A DNA stretch of 64,000 bases from the human T2T-CHM13v2.0 reference genome, Homo sapiens, in NCBI RefSeq assembly GCF_009914755.1, contig NC_060928.1, one strand, 5' to 3'. Position 1 is the stretch's first letter, and each line of letters opens with the position of its first letter. Below the pieces are notes generated by a model. The model was not told the origin of the DNA and made no database searches. It worked only from the letters and a program-made list of their open reading frames with translations. The translations under genes were made by a program, and so were the position numbers. Of the stretch, positions 26,686 to 42,261 are shown piece by piece.

Positions 26686-26906
26686 TAATCGGTCATCTGT
26701 TTCTGTAGATTCAGCATCTACTGATTCAACTAATGGCAGGTTGAAAATATTTTTTTAAAATACACAATAAAAAATAATACAATTTAAAAAACAATACAAC
26801 CACTATTTACATGGGATTTACACTGTATTAGGTATCATAAGTAATCTCAATATGATTTAAAGAATACAAGAGTATGTGCTTAAGTTATATGCAAATACGC
26901 CATTTT
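26686..26906 (-). mobile_element. MER2 TcMar-Tigger element, left part (remainder at about 29754-29849)
   Basis: ttatatgcaaatacgccatttt | L1 | actacagcattttaaataagggacttgagcatc continues as one MER2. It is the inverse of the copy at 52915. Confidence 0.75.
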
Positions 26907-29753
26907 CATTTTTTTCTTTTATTTATATTTTTTATTTCAATAGCTTTAGGGCTACAAGTGGTTTTTGGTTGCTTAATTGAACTGTGTAGTGGTGAAGTCT
27001 TGAATTTTAGTGTACCCATCACCCAAATAGTGTACATGGTAATCCATAGGTAGTTTTTCATTCTTTAGACCTCGCCCACCCTCCTCCCTTCTGAGTCTCC
27101 AGTGTCCATTATACCACTCTATATGCCTTTGTGCAGCCTTAGCTTAGCTCAGGCTTATAAGTGAGAACATGCAGTATTTTATTTTCTATTCCTGAGTTAC
27201 TTCACTTAAGATAGTGTCCTTCCATTCCACCTAAGTTGCTGCAAAAGACATTATTCTGTTCTTTTATATGGCTGAGTAATATTTCATGGTATAAATATAC
27301 CACATTTTCTTTATCCACTCATCAGTTGATGGGCACTTAGGTTGATTCCATATCTTCGCAATTGTGAATTGTGCTATGATAAACACGTGCATGTAGGTGT
27401 CTTCTTTATAAAATGACTTCTTTTCCTTTGCGTAGATACCCAGTAGTGAAATTGCTGGGTTGAATGGTAGATCTACTTTTAGTTCTTTGAGAAATCACTG
27501 TACTATTTTCCATAAAGGTTGTACCAGTTGACATTTCCACCAGCAGCACATAAGCATTCCCTTTTCACCACATCTGTGCCAACATCTATTGTTTTTTGAC
27601 TTTTTAATAATGGCCATTCTGGCTATGGTAATGTGGTACCTCATTGTGGTTTTAATTTGCATTTCCCTGATGATTAGTGATATGGAGAATTCTTCATATG
27701 TTTTTTGACCATTTGTATATCTCCTTTTGCGAAATGTTTGTTCATGTGGTTTACCAACTTTTAAATGGGATTATTTGGTCTTCTCCTTGCTGATTTGTTT
27801 GAGTTTCTTGTAGATTCTGGATATTAGCCCTTTGTCAGATGCATGGTTTGCAAACATTTTCTCCCATTCTGTAGTTTATCTGTTTACTCTGTTGAATATT
27901 TCCTTTTCAGGACAGCAGTTTTTTAGTTTAATTGGGTCCCATTAATTTATTTTTGTTTTTGTTGAGTTTTCTTTTGAGAATTTACTCATAAATTATTTGC
28001 CTAGGCCAATGTCCAGAAAAATTTTTCCTAGGTTTCCTTCTAGAATTTCATGGTTTGGGTCTCATATTTAAGTCTTTAATCTATCTTAATTTTTGCATAT
28101 GGCAAGTGATAGAGATCCAGTTTCATTCTTCTACATGTGGGTATCCAATTTTCCTAGCACCATTTATTGAACAGGGTGTCCTTTCTCCAGTGTATGCTTT
28201 CATCTGCTTTGTCAAAGATCAGTTGGTTATAAAGCATTTGGCTTTGTTTCTGGGTCCTCTATTCTGTTCTATTGACTTGTGTGTCTACTTTTACATCAGT
28301 ACCATGCTGTTTTTGTTACTATAGCTTTATGGTATTATTTCAAATAGGGTAATGTGATATCTCCAGAATTTTTCTTTTTGCTTAGGATTGCTTTGTCTAT
28401 TTGAGCTCTTATTTGGTTCCATATGAATTTTAGGACTGTTTTCTCTAATTCTGTGGGAAAAAAAAGATATTAGTAATTTTATCAGAATTGCATTGAGTCT
28501 GTGGATTGTTTTGAGTAGTATGGTCATTTCCATGACATTGTTTCTTTCAATCCATGAGCATGAGATGTTTTTCTATTTATTTCTGTCATTTATGACTTCT
28601 TTCATCAGTGTTTTATAGTTCTTGTAGAGATCTTTCACCTCCTTGGTTAAGTATATTGCTAGGTATCTTTTCTTGTAGTTATTGTAAAAGGGACTGAGTT
28701 CTTTATTTGATTCTCAGGTTGGTCATTGTTGGTGTATAGCAGTGCTACCGATTTGTGTATATTGTTTTAGTAAACTGAGACTAAACAGAATTCATTGCTC
28801 AAATCTAGGAGTCTTTTGGAGGAGTCTTTAGGGTTTTCTACATATAAGATCATATCATCAGCAAACAGAATTAGTTTTACTTCCTCTTTTCTAATTTGGA
28901 TGCGTCTTATTTCTTTCTCTTGCCTGATTGCTCTGCCCAGGACCTCCAGTATTATGTTGAATAGAAGTAGTGTAAGCAGGTACTCCTCTCTTGTTCTAGT
29001 ACTTAGGAGAAATGTTTTCAACCTTTCATTGTTCAGCATGTTATTGGCTGTGGGTCTATCATATATGGCTTTTATTATTTTGAGGTATATTCTTTATATT
29101 CTTAGTTTGTTGAGGGTTTTTATTGTAAAGGGACGCTGCATTTTTTCAAATGCTTTTTCAGCATCTATTGAGATAATCATATGGTTTTTGTTTTTAAGTC
29201 TGTTTATGTGGTGAATCACACTTATTGACTTGCACATATTGAACCATCCCTGCACCCCTGGGATGAAACCCTCTTGATCATGGTGAATTATCTTTCTGAT
29301 GCACTGTTGGATTCAGTTTGCTAGTGTTTTGTTGAGGATTTTTGCATCTATGTTCATCAGACATATCAGTCTGTAGTTTTGTTGTTGTTGTTATTTCCTT
29401 TCCTGGCTTTGGTACCAGGGTGATACTGGCTTCATAGAATGAGTTAGGGTGGATTTCCTCCTTTTTGATATTTTGGAATAGTTTCAGTAGGATTGATACC
29501 AATTCTACTTTGGATGTCTGGTAGAATTTGTCTATGAATCTGGGCCTGTGCTTTTTTTTTTCCTTCCTGGGAGATTTTTTTTAAATTACTGATTAAATTT
29601 CATTGCTTGTTACTGGTCTGTTCAGGATTTCTATTTCTTCTTGATTCAAGCTAGGAGAATTGTATATTTCCAAGCATTTATCTGTTTCCTATGGATTTTC
29701 TAGTTTGTGTGCATAGAGGTGTTCATAGTAGTCTCAAATGCTTGTATTTCTGT
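26907..29753 (-). mobile_element. 5'-truncated L1 (L1PB3/4-like), about 2.85 kb, with decayed ORF2 reverse-transcriptase sequence
   Basis: T-rich tail at 26907 and an L1PB-type 3' UTR. ORF fragments 28767..29039 ([16 protein letters not shown]), 29278..29502 ([17 protein letters not shown]) and 28327..28533 are ORF2p remnants broken by frameshifts and stops. Confidence 0.92.
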
Positions 29754-30094
29754 ACTACAGCATTTTAAATAAGGGACTTGAGCATCTGCCAATTTTGGAA
29801 TCTGCAGAGTTCATAGAACCAGTTCCCCACAGATACCAAGGAATGATCATATACCTGAAATCATTAAAATATAAATTAGGTTTCATAAACATTGTTGATC
29901 AAAAAACTATTTGGTAAGTTGTCACCACTGTAGGCAAAGGAAAAATCACAGCACAAAGTCATTTTTTTCTGATAGATTTCTCCAGTGCCTTCTAGCTATG
30001 TAGTCATTTTAAAGCATTATTACAATTTATTATGCTCTCATTTTATATATAAAGGAAAAGATTTGTGATTTGGAGACCAAGGAACACATAAACA

Positions 30095-30240
30095 CTCTCT
30101 CTTTCTCTCTCTCTCTGACACACATACACGTACACTCATACAAATATGTAGAGACTCTCCCACACCCATAAACACATATACACAATCACAAACACACACA
30201 TACACACTCAAACACACTCTCACAACTCACACACTCATAC
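30095..30240 (+). repeat. (CT)n plus degenerate CA-rich low-complexity tract
   Basis: Direct reading. Confidence 0.8.
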
Positions 30241-31704
30241 ATATTTTTAACTTCTTCCAGACTGGGTAAGGAACAACTCCATATCAACCCTAAATATATG
30301 TGCATGACATGGATGTAATGAAATCTTGTTGAGCTTAATTAGAGCCTGTTTTCAAATTTAAATAACTCAAAATAGACGTAAATATTTTTAATTCCTGAGA
30401 GAATGCAAATTATATATTATATAGTACTACATGGACAAGACAATACTGTATTATATGCTAACTAACATTAATATTTTATATATATTACAAAAACATTGAT
30501 TTTACATGAAATTTCTAATTTCTAATAGTCAATCATTTTAGTAATCTAATAATTTAAAATTTAATAATTTTTAATAATTAAGATTCATAAATTATCAGCA
30601 GAATGACAATACAAACTGGTTAAGCAGTACTGTAGAATATCTATACACAGAAAGAGAAGATAATTTCATATTTTTCCTGACTGCTGTATCAAAACTATGG
30701 GCATGTATTTACAGGCAAGCACAAAGAAGATATTTACAAAGGATATTTGATACTATAATTGTTACAGGGTATTCTTTAAGTTGATATCCTTGGATCAAAT
30801 TCAAGGAATCTTTGGCCTATTCTCACATAAGATATTCAGTTTATGGAAGATAATGCAACTGAATTTGTCTGGGCTGTCTGAGCAGAAACTACATACTCTA
30901 AACACGCAGTACACACTTTTCTTTCTAATCTCACAGACTTTAATCAAGTTCTGGGATTAATGCCACTGATATCTTAGATCATGCTTCCATTCACCCTGAA
31001 GTGAATATTGGGAATATGCTTTAAAAATAGATCCAAAGTACAGAGCTAATACATGCCTTTTGAGATAAAAACTTTGAAAAATGAATTGCAATTTTAATTC
31101 AAATATAAACTCAAAGATCAGCATTTCAGAGCTGTCTAGTGAGGCACATGCAAAGGTTCCTAGTAGCATGTCTCTGACCTCAGCAGAGTCTATAATGAGA
31201 TTTTCAGGAGGATTTCTGTCCTCCTTGTGCTCCTGATAAAATCTTCACTTCCCTCTTACATTGTCCACCCCCAACACTTTGGCCTCATGATTACAAAGTG
31301 CTAAAGAGAAAAATCCCCCAAAAGAGACTATCATTAGAAAGGATTACTCACATATTCTAAGTGACCCTCAGAACTAGTCTTCTCACTCTTCTTACTGCTG
31401 ACCTCAATCTCCATAGACCTGCCATCTTTCATCCTTCCTCGAACCAGCTCCCAAACTCTTCATTTGCCCTAAGAAACCCAAGAGCTTCTATTTGCTAAAT
31501 TAATATTCTTGCTATCTTCTGTACATGTTCCCCCTATCTTCTTGTTCTACTAATCCTATTTTCCTAAGGAGACAGCTTTTTCAGCAGCTCTCTCAACGAA
31601 TAGCTATTCCTTTATTCTACCCTTCACATACCCTAGGGCTTTAGGCAAAGACAGTTTCTTCCCTGATGCTCAGTGACACTTCCCAACCATTTCTCTTCCC
31701 TCTA

Positions 31705-31705
31705 A

Positions 31706-31781
<76 letters not shown>

Positions 31782-31799
31782 AAAGAAAGAAAGAAAGAA
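31705..31799 (+). repeat. (AAAG)n tetranucleotide STR: about 19 perfect units, one interruption, then 4 more
   Basis: Direct count. Confidence 0.95.
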
Positions 31800-32262
31800 T
31801 TTCATTTTTTCATAGCAAACTATATTTTCACTTTCACATTTTTCCAAATTTGATTATTTCACCCTTCTCCTTGCTCCTCAAAACCCCAACACTTTCGGTC
31901 CCATCCTACCCTCAAGTGAATAACTCACTTCTAACTTCATTGAAAAAAAAATTGAAGTAATCTCACCACCTGCTCTATCAATCCACCTGCATCTGCACTC
32001 ATGTCCCTGCCTTTCTCTTGGGACAACAGATAAGCTGTCCTTGCTCCTTTCTAATGCATTACTCCTTAATTGAAATATGACTAATATATTTCCCACTCCC
32101 CTGATTTGGCTCCTGTTCATTTTCTGCTTCCTTTGCTGGATACTCCTTTTCTTGCCCTCTAAGTGTTAGAAATTCTCAGGGCTCAGTTCTTGGATTTTTT
32201 TTCTACCTACATTTATTTCCTCAATGATCTTATCTAAGTCTATGACTGTAAATAATATCTAT

Positions 32263-32800
<538 letters not shown>

Positions 32801-33114
32801 TATCTATAAATTAATGACTCCAACCTTTCCCATGAGTCTGCACTTACTTATAATGGACTACCTATTTGATGCTTTGATTTGCATGTCTAATTGCCTCCTC
32901 AAACTTAAAATATCCATATCCCAATTCTTGGTTTCTGCCCATTTAAAACGCATCTCTCTATTCTCCATCTCAGAAAGTAGCAGTTCTCATCTTCCAGTTC
33001 ATCAGGACTAAAGCCTAAGAGTCATCCTTCATGCTGTCTTTCCCTTACACTCCACACCTAATCTTTCAGCAAGTACTGACAATTCTGCCATCAAAATATT
33101 TTTATGACAGTATT

Positions 33115-33500
33115 TTTAAAGTGATATTAGAAATGAAGGAGGAGAAAATAAAACAAGCAAGAAGGGAAAACTAATGTGAAATTTTTTTCTGAGTTGACCA
33201 TCATTATAAGATACTGGTTGCTTAACTGTCCGAAACCTTCTGAGAAGCTTTATAAAAGGTTATTGAGACCCTTCTGCCCAGGGACAGAAGGGAGGAAACA
33301 TTTATCCACTGGCTCTCATCCCCCCTTCCTGGTTGTTTATGTGTCAGCTGAAGCTGGTCCTATGAATGTCTCAAGCCAGGAAGGAGTCCAGGAAGTATGG
33401 AACAAGGACCAGTAACCCTAGCAGTGGCTGCAGTGCCTGGAATAAGAGATGAGCCCAAGAGGATTTCAGGTGATGAATGAGAAGTGTTTGACACGGCCTG
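33115..33500 (-). mobile_element. LTR33-like ERVL LTR fragment
   Basis: catttatccactggctctcatccccc motif; the similarity is degenerate. Confidence 0.4.
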
Positions 33501-33504
33501 CATG

Positions 33505-33717
33505 CAGTGGTGTGCTGCAGCAAGCTCAGACCTGCTCAGGAGAGCTGACTGTGTACATCTCTTCCCAACTCCTGTAATCAGTGGTACCACTATTGGTAGT
33601 TTGAAATTGGCTATGTTAAGAGTATTTACACCATGGAAATCAGTAAAAACTACAAACCAGGACTTCCTCCCTCCCCTCACCAGAGCCAGTTGTTAAACAT
33701 GTGCTAGCACGGCACTG
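33505..33717 (+). mobile_element. MER63A hAT-Blackjack MITE
   Basis: TIRs cagtggtgtgctg and tagcacggcactg; internal ggtagtttgaaattggc...gagccagttgttaaacat. Confidence 0.8.
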
Positions 33718-34249
33718 ACTAAAAGGTTCTGTTCTTATACAGTCTCAGCTCACTCCTCTCCAGCTGATTCTCAGAACTGCAATCACATTAACTCTTTTTT
33801 CACTTATTTGAAAGTTCTTCCATGTGCCCCACACCTTGGGTCATTGAAAATGGTTTTGCAATTGCCTCAAACTTCCCACTCTTTGAGTAATTCCTATGCA
33901 TCTTTTATATCTTAGCTCAAATATCATTTCCTCTGGGAAGTCTTGCAGACACACAGTCCATGTCCAATTTACTTGTGATGTACTCTCAATCTGTATATAT
34001 GTGATTGTTAATTGATATCTGTTTCCCTAGCTAGACCACAGGTTCCACGAGGACACAATTTATGTCCATTTTTTCTCCTTTGTATTCTCTGCACTGAGCT
34101 TTGTATATTTACTGAATATCTGAACTAAGTTTTTTAATCAACACATATTAAAAGTACTATTACCACTGTTTAATTATTTTAAGAATATTGAAAAGAAGTC
34201 CTCCTACTTGAAAATGTGGGGAGCCACATTGGGAGGAGAACACATAACA

Positions 34250-35800
<1,551 letters not shown>

Positions 35801-36756
35801 TGTAAACCACTAACCCACTACCACAGCTCTTCCCTGTGTCTTATGCTTTACTTTATTGTTGACCAAGTTTAAATAACTCTACCTTTCTAATGTGTGTAAA
35901 ATCTCTCCCAACACTATCCCCAGTGTTACTACCTTCATTTAAGTTGTCTTTCCCCGTGTGAATTACTATCTCCTTATTGGTCTCTATGCATCTAAAATCC
36001 ATCATACCCCATCTCTACAGCCAGTAAACATGCTAAAATGCAAATATTATCACTGCAACTTCTCTTTAAAACATTTAAATTGTTCTCATAACTTTTAGGT
36101 TAAAATTCAGTGTTGTTCAGTATCTAGTCTGTTATCTGTAATCACTCCCCAATCCTCATGTTCTAGTCATGTAAAATCATTTTAATTCTGTCAAAAACAT
36201 CATAATCACTTTCTCAGAGATCCACTGTCAGGTAGATGCTAGGCCCTCTAGCTAGATAGAATTTTCTTTCTCTTTTGAGTTAACACTTATTTATCTTTCA
36301 AAATTTACCAAAGACTTTAAATTTCCTGAGAATCTATTCCTGACACCTAAATCTGAATCAGATATCCTCCTATTCACTTTAAAGCAGTAGAGTTACTTTC
36401 TATTACAGTATGAGTCATACTATAATTGTCTATTTATTGTCCTTCAATGCCACTGCAAAAACTATATACATCAAATTTGAATTTCTTGAAGGGAAGCAGC
36501 ATATCTTTTGTCTCTCATACCTCACATGTTAAATTAAACAAATGTTAGGTGAAGAAATGCATGAGCCCCACAATTTCAGTACGGTAGTGATCCCTCACAT
36601 CTATCTTCAATCTTCACGTACCTCTCAAGTGCTAGGTCTCCTTTTCCAACTTCCTAATGGCTATCTCCACATGTGTGTCTACTTAACAGGTCTAAAACTG
36701 AATTCGTTATTTTCCCCCATCCCTTTCCCCACTTGTCCAAAATCTGCTCCTCCCCT

Positions 36757-37153
36757 TATTATGCTTCAAATGTTTGTATGTCTCCAATATTCATGTTGGA
36801 ACCTAAGATCCAATGTGATAGTATTAAGAGATAGGACCTTTGAGGAAGTGATTAAGTTATGAGGGCTTCACCCTCATAAAGGAAATTAATGTCCTAATAA
36901 GAGAGGTTTCAGAGAGCTGCTAGCCCTTTTCCCTTCCATCCCTTCCACCATGTGAAGACACAGCTTTTGTCCCATCGAGAGGACAGAGCATTCAAGGTGC
37001 CATCTTGGAAGCAGAGACTGGACCCTCACAAAACCACATGCTAGTTAGTACCTTGATCTTGGATTTCCCGCTTCCATAACTATGAGAAATAAATTTAGTC
37101 TGTTTATAAATTATTCAGGCATTTTGTTATAGCAGCAAGAACAGACTGAGATA
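36757..37153 (+). mobile_element. MST-type MaLR LTR
   Basis: aaggtgccatcttggaagcagagactggaccctcac...ttttgttatagcagca...gactgagata. Confidence 0.8.
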
Positions 37154-38884
37154 GTCTCTAAATTTCTACCCCATCCTAAGGATTTTTGTCCAGTTTCTCA
37201 GTCTAGAAGCCTCAATATCTTATCATCTTCATTTTCATTACACATCAGTTGATTTTTCAAAAACCAGTTAATTCATCCTAAAATAATCCACTAATTCTGA
37301 ATTTATCAAAATGTATTAAAAAGAACACTAGTCTCAAGGACATTAACTGGTATAATGTGGAAAAAAAATGGGGGTTCTTTGGCCAAATGAACTGGGGGTA
37401 GCAAGGTTAAAAACAGTAAACAGATTTCTTTTCTGCAGTATTTCCTAGACCTTTCAATATATTGATAATCAATACGAATCTCCAATAAGGAATATAACGT
37501 GTATTTTATTTAAATGTTTCTAACCAAAGAACCCTTTGTCAGGTCACTGAATCACTCAGGACTAACATTCTGAAGAGCATGCTTTGAGAAATGCTGATGG
37601 AACAGCCCTCCTCCACACTTTATGCTTCCCTACTGCCCTAATTTAGGCCCTGTCATCTCTCACCTGGACAGCCTCCTCACTTAGCTCTCTGTCATCACTC
37701 TCTCTACAGTTTCTGCTGCCAGTTTTATTTTTCTAACAGAAAGATCTGATTATACCTCACCTCTTCCCCCACCTACAGCTTTGAAATCATCATGTCTTTC
37801 CATTAAACATAAGTTCAAATTCTAGGTCTACTATTATATTCCCTTCAAACTCTAGCCCACCCATCTTCCAAAATTTATTTCCTACCACATCTCTCCCTTC
37901 CCAAAATATATCATATTCTTACATCCTTCAGAGCTTTAATACATTTTGTTCCTGCGACTCAGAATGGCATCTTCTGTTTCCATCCTACTTCTCCTGAAAA
38001 CCCAGTTCTAAAGAGATCTCTTCTGATAAATTTTCAGGAGAAATCTCTTCTGGCCTTTGGTTGGTTGCTCCTCAGTGTTTCCATAATGCTTCACACTCAC
38101 CCTCTTACAGCAACTGTTACACTGTATAGTAAGAAATTACCCTGTGTTTATCCTCACCATTACTCTCTGAGCCTTTTAATTGCTGTTTCTCCAGCTCTTA
38201 ACTTAGTGCCTGGCACAGAGCAGTCATTCTTTGTTGAATAGGAAAAATACAAATGAGTGTATGAATAAATAAACATCTTTAGAAATAACGTAAGAGGAAA
38301 AAAATAAGATGAGGCTGTGAAAGCTATACTAGAAATGTATTATAAGCAGTCATGTATTCAAGCCATTATTTTCAGGAAAACAATATCACTTTGCTTAAAG
38401 CGATCTCTAATTTACACCTACCATGTTACTGATAGAGGATAAACCTTTACAATTTCTTTTAAGGGAAAACTCTATAGCTTCCAAAAATCTTTTTAGTGTT
38501 TTGAGGAAACACGCTCACGAGTAAGTTGCCTATCCTATTGATCCTGCTCAAAAACAGAATTCAGGGCTATCGTCCATGGCTGCTTTAGCATCTGTGAAAT
38601 AAACAGTCTCTGAGGATTTTCACTAGGAAGAAGATCACTTCTGGAAGACATGGCTAACAAGTTTTGTTCCCCTAAATTTCTCTTTCCCTTTAGAATGGGT
38701 TCATCTCAATTTCTGGTGGTGCCCAGAGATTAGCAGCTCTAATAATCAGGCCTCCCTACCTTTCATTGTTAAGATTTAAAGTTCAGGGAATTATTTGAAA
38801 AAGAAAATTCCATTACAGGCACATAAGAAACAAATAGTTTTGTCCGTGAGTTTGCTGAATTTCTTCACTCCACCAAAAACTTAC

Positions 38885-39149
38885 CTTTTGTAATTAGATC
38901 TATGGGCCTGCATCTTTCTCTTCTACTAAAAATGTGTGGTTCCTTGAAGGAGATTCGTTGTGGGGGTTCCTGAAGATGCTCGCTTTTGGAAAGCTCCTTG
39001 GGAAAGCAAATCCTTCTGAGTGCGGCCCGATGTTCTTGCACCACATCACGTGTTACCTTTTTGTCAATCTCCAAAGGTATGTATTTGCCAGATTTCGGTT
39101 TTTGGTGTTTCTTTCTAAAAACATTTATAGAAGTACCTTGAACTTTATT
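38885..39149 (-). CDS. IQCM: IQCM internal coding exon (265 nt): NKVQGTSINVFRKKHQKPKSGKYIPLEIDKK...RERCRPIDLITK(G)
   Basis: Acceptor ttttattcatag|AAT and donor AAG|gtaagt (consensus). It contains 88 open codons plus 1 nt and overlaps ORF 38865..39074 of the track. Confidence 0.93.
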
Positions 39150-41016
39150 CTATGAATAAAACAAAAATAGATTTTGGCAAAATTTAATTTTAGTATGCAT
39201 TATTTAATAAAGTTATATATTTTATTAATAAGTTCATGAAATTGCACCTCTAGTACATACATTTTACAAAGTACCTTGCTATATAAGACATTTACTCTAA
39301 TGTAAATTACAAATGACAGTAACCAGCTAAATCAGATGTTATTCTATGTCACTCTCTAAAAGTCCTTCACAAGCATAAGGATTATATTCCCCTTTGAAAG
39401 AAATGTAAATTTTAAAATAGCAACTTTCTCCCCAAAGTGATATTTTTAATTACAGGTTTCAAGTCTACTGTAAAATAGGAGTTTTTCAAATAGACATGTA
39501 AGAATTAAATTATTTTCAACCATCTTTGAAGAACTTTCAGATGTCCATAAAATGCTAACATCCCCCAAATCTCTTCCTTTGCTGAACCAGAAATAACTGA
39601 ACATACATGGAGGTAACCTCTCAAAAAGAGCATACTGGTAATACAACATACATTTCATATCCTTTAATCATAATTGCTTCTTTATTTTGACCACCTTGAA
39701 CAACAGAGAAATAATACAGCTCCAGGTCTCTGACAGGTAATTATCCAAATAGCATAACTGTTCTACACACAGAGAGAGCTATAGTTCTTCCCTATTCCCC
39801 CAACAACACACACACACCCAAAAAAAAGGTTTAGAAAAATTCAAATTGTTGCTGACTCAAAAGGTCAATAAGGAGGTTTTAGTGTGCTAGTATTACATTT
39901 TTCCAGGCAACCGAAGATGGAACATTGGACTGTTATTATTAGATAAAAATTTAAACAGGTCAAGTTTCTAAGGCACATCTGTCTAACTCTGAAGACCGTG
40001 AAACATTCATCCCATGTTCCCACCAGTGAAATTAATATAATTGAAAATCATTTTAAATTGGTTAGAGGAAAAATTAGTTAAGCAATGCGTACAATGTTGA
40101 TTACATGATTAAAAGTATGTATGGCCAGTCTTGGCATAAAGGACCATTCAAAAGAAACATAAGTAAAAATTAGAATCCTCCTCCCCATCTGCAAGAAATA
40201 TTGAAAAATATTTAAAAGCTTACTTAAAATTTTGTTTAAAAAAATTTTTAAGTATTTAGCAGGGGACTAGGATCATTTGACACACAGTAAACCATCCGAA
40301 GTTACCCTCCCCTCACCTGTCTTCCCAAAGGCCCAACGGTCACAATAGTTGCCCCTTCCCCAAATTTGCTACCTCCTCTATAGATGCTCTCCTCCAAAAT
40401 GTCACCCTGTGCTGACCCTCCTCTGTCTCTTTGTTATCCCTTTCCCTTTCACTCCTTCTTCTCACTTTCGAAATATATGCCATTCAGCAAATATTTATTG
40501 AGCCAGGAACAATCATTATTGCTAGAGATACAGCATTCAAAAAATATTCTATGCCCTCAAGGATCTATCAGACCAGCAAACGGACAATTTTAATGCAAAA
40601 AGATACATGGAATATAATGTATCATGCTAAGGTAATCATGCTAAGGGTATAGAAGAGACTCATCTCACAATTTATTTTCTAGTTTAGCTTCGACTAAACA
40701 GCATTTAAAGGGATATTTATGTGACATGATAAATCCAATTATTTATGTTAAAATTCTTCAAAAAAAATTTAAATTGTATTAAATGTACAAATTAAACACA
40801 TTTGTATAATTAAAATTCATACAACTAAAAAATCTTATTTTAAAATGTCATTTGAAATCAATTTTTATAGCTAGTGAGCATTTCATTTTTCTCTTCAATT
40901 CTATTCTCTTTTCTATTTATTCTATCATATCTTAGGGTTTATGCAATCCTTTGGGAGAATCCTTGTAGTATGCAAAAATTTTAAAATGTAACATTAGATA
41001 AATGCAAAGGACTAAC

Positions 41017-41099
41017 CTCATTTATTTTCTCATAATGTTGGGCAATGAGAGTTTTTGCTTCTTGAAAAAAGTCTTGCTTGGTGATCTCTAATGTAGGAC
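41017..41099 (-). CDS. IQCM: IQCM internal coding exon (83 nt): (C)PTLEITKQDFFQEAKTLIAQHYEKINE
   Basis: Acceptor ttgtatattag|GT and donor GAG|gttagt. The frame is open (phase 1 to 0) and compatible with both neighbouring exons. Confidence 0.92.
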
Positions 41100-41584
41100 C
41101 TAATATACAAACAGAGAAACATTTTTTAAGCAGTTAATGTGAAAGTAAATTTTACAAGTTGACATTATAAAAGGAAGCAAAAGAAATACAATGATCTCTT
41201 AACATAATATTTTGCTTTTAAGAAGAAATATAAGGTTGTAATGGTCAGGTGATAAGATAGGTTATCCTAAGTTACTTCAGTCCAGAAAAAACAAAGAAAA
41301 TATACAAAACAGAAACATCCTTCAGTTCTGAAAGTCCTTTAAATGTTACTGTATAGAAGATATAACAACATGTTTTGGGCACAAAAGTTATTAACAAGTC
41401 TGTGTTTTCCATACTTGATGACTAATGTATGAAGCTGTACATTTCCTCAAGAGTATTTACCTTCCAACTTGTTGATAAAATTATAACTGTAAAATAAAAT
41501 ACCTCAATAAATTTATTAAATAGAAGCAGCACTGAAATTCAAAAACACATGTCTATGGATTTTTCTAAGTTTCTTAATTTCTTT

Positions 41585-41888
41585 CGACTTTTTTTTTTTT
41601 TTTTGTGAGACAGAGTCTCCCTCTGTTGCCCAATCTGGAGTACAGTTGCACAATTCTGGCTCTGTGCAACCTCTGCTTTCCAGGCTCAAGCAATCCTCCC
41701 ACCTCAGCCTTCTGAGTATCTGGGATTACAGGCGTGCACCACCACATCCAGCTAATTTTTGTACTTATTGTAGAGATGGGGTTTCACCATGCTGCCCAGG
41801 CTGGTCTCGAACTCCAGGGCTCAAGCAATCTACCTGCCTTGGCCTCCCAAAGTGCTGGGATTACAGGTGTGACCGAAAGCACCCAGCC
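41585..41888 (-). mobile_element. Full-length AluJ-like element
   Basis: ggctcaagcaatcctcccacctcagcc. 19-bp TSD taagtttcttaatttcttt at 41566-41584 and 41889-41907. Confidence 0.92.
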
Positions 41889-42014
41889 TAAGTTTCTTAA
41901 TTTCTTTTAACCAGGGTTATGTATACAATTCTACAGCATGTAGACTACATCATTCTCATTCAGCCTTGTCTAAGTTTTCCTCTTTACATATTTTCTTTAT
42001 TATTAGCTGATTGT

Positions 42015-42050
42015 GTGCTTGCTTCAGCAGCACAAATACTAAAAATGGAA
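42015..42050 (+). pseudogene. 3'-truncated U6 snRNA retropseudogene (U6 nt 1-36)
   Basis: gtgcttgcttcagcagcacaaatactaaaaatggaa versus U6 GTGCTCGCTTCGGCAGCACATATACTAAAATTGGAA gives 32/36 identity; two of the differences are CpG decay. Confidence 0.85.
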
Positions 42051-42261
42051 TTGTATCAGTGGATCCTGACACTTATAAGTGTTTCTTGGCTTCCTCCTCT
42101 TAACTCAAACTCAGCAAAATTTAAATATATTACCTATTCAAAGTCTGGCCAGTGGGCTCTCTGTTTTTATAACTCTATCTCTATTAGTACTCTTACTATG
42201 AAGGTTTTCTCTACTCTTCACCCACTCAAATTTTAAGCAATTAAAAACTCAATCTTCATGT

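Noticed and set aside
28327-29502. Reverse-transcriptase-like ORFs (FADD motif)
   Set aside because: These are fragments of a decayed, 5'-truncated L1 ORF2 with frameshifts and stops, not a functional or novel RT system.
31641-31847. ORF with (FFLS)n repeats
   Set aside because: It is a translation of the (AAAG)n microsatellite.
38865-39074. ORF track call of a stand-alone 69-aa protein ending KFLVE*
   Set aside because: It is part of the 265-nt IQCM exon read through the gtaagt donor. Its start is an internal TTG codon.
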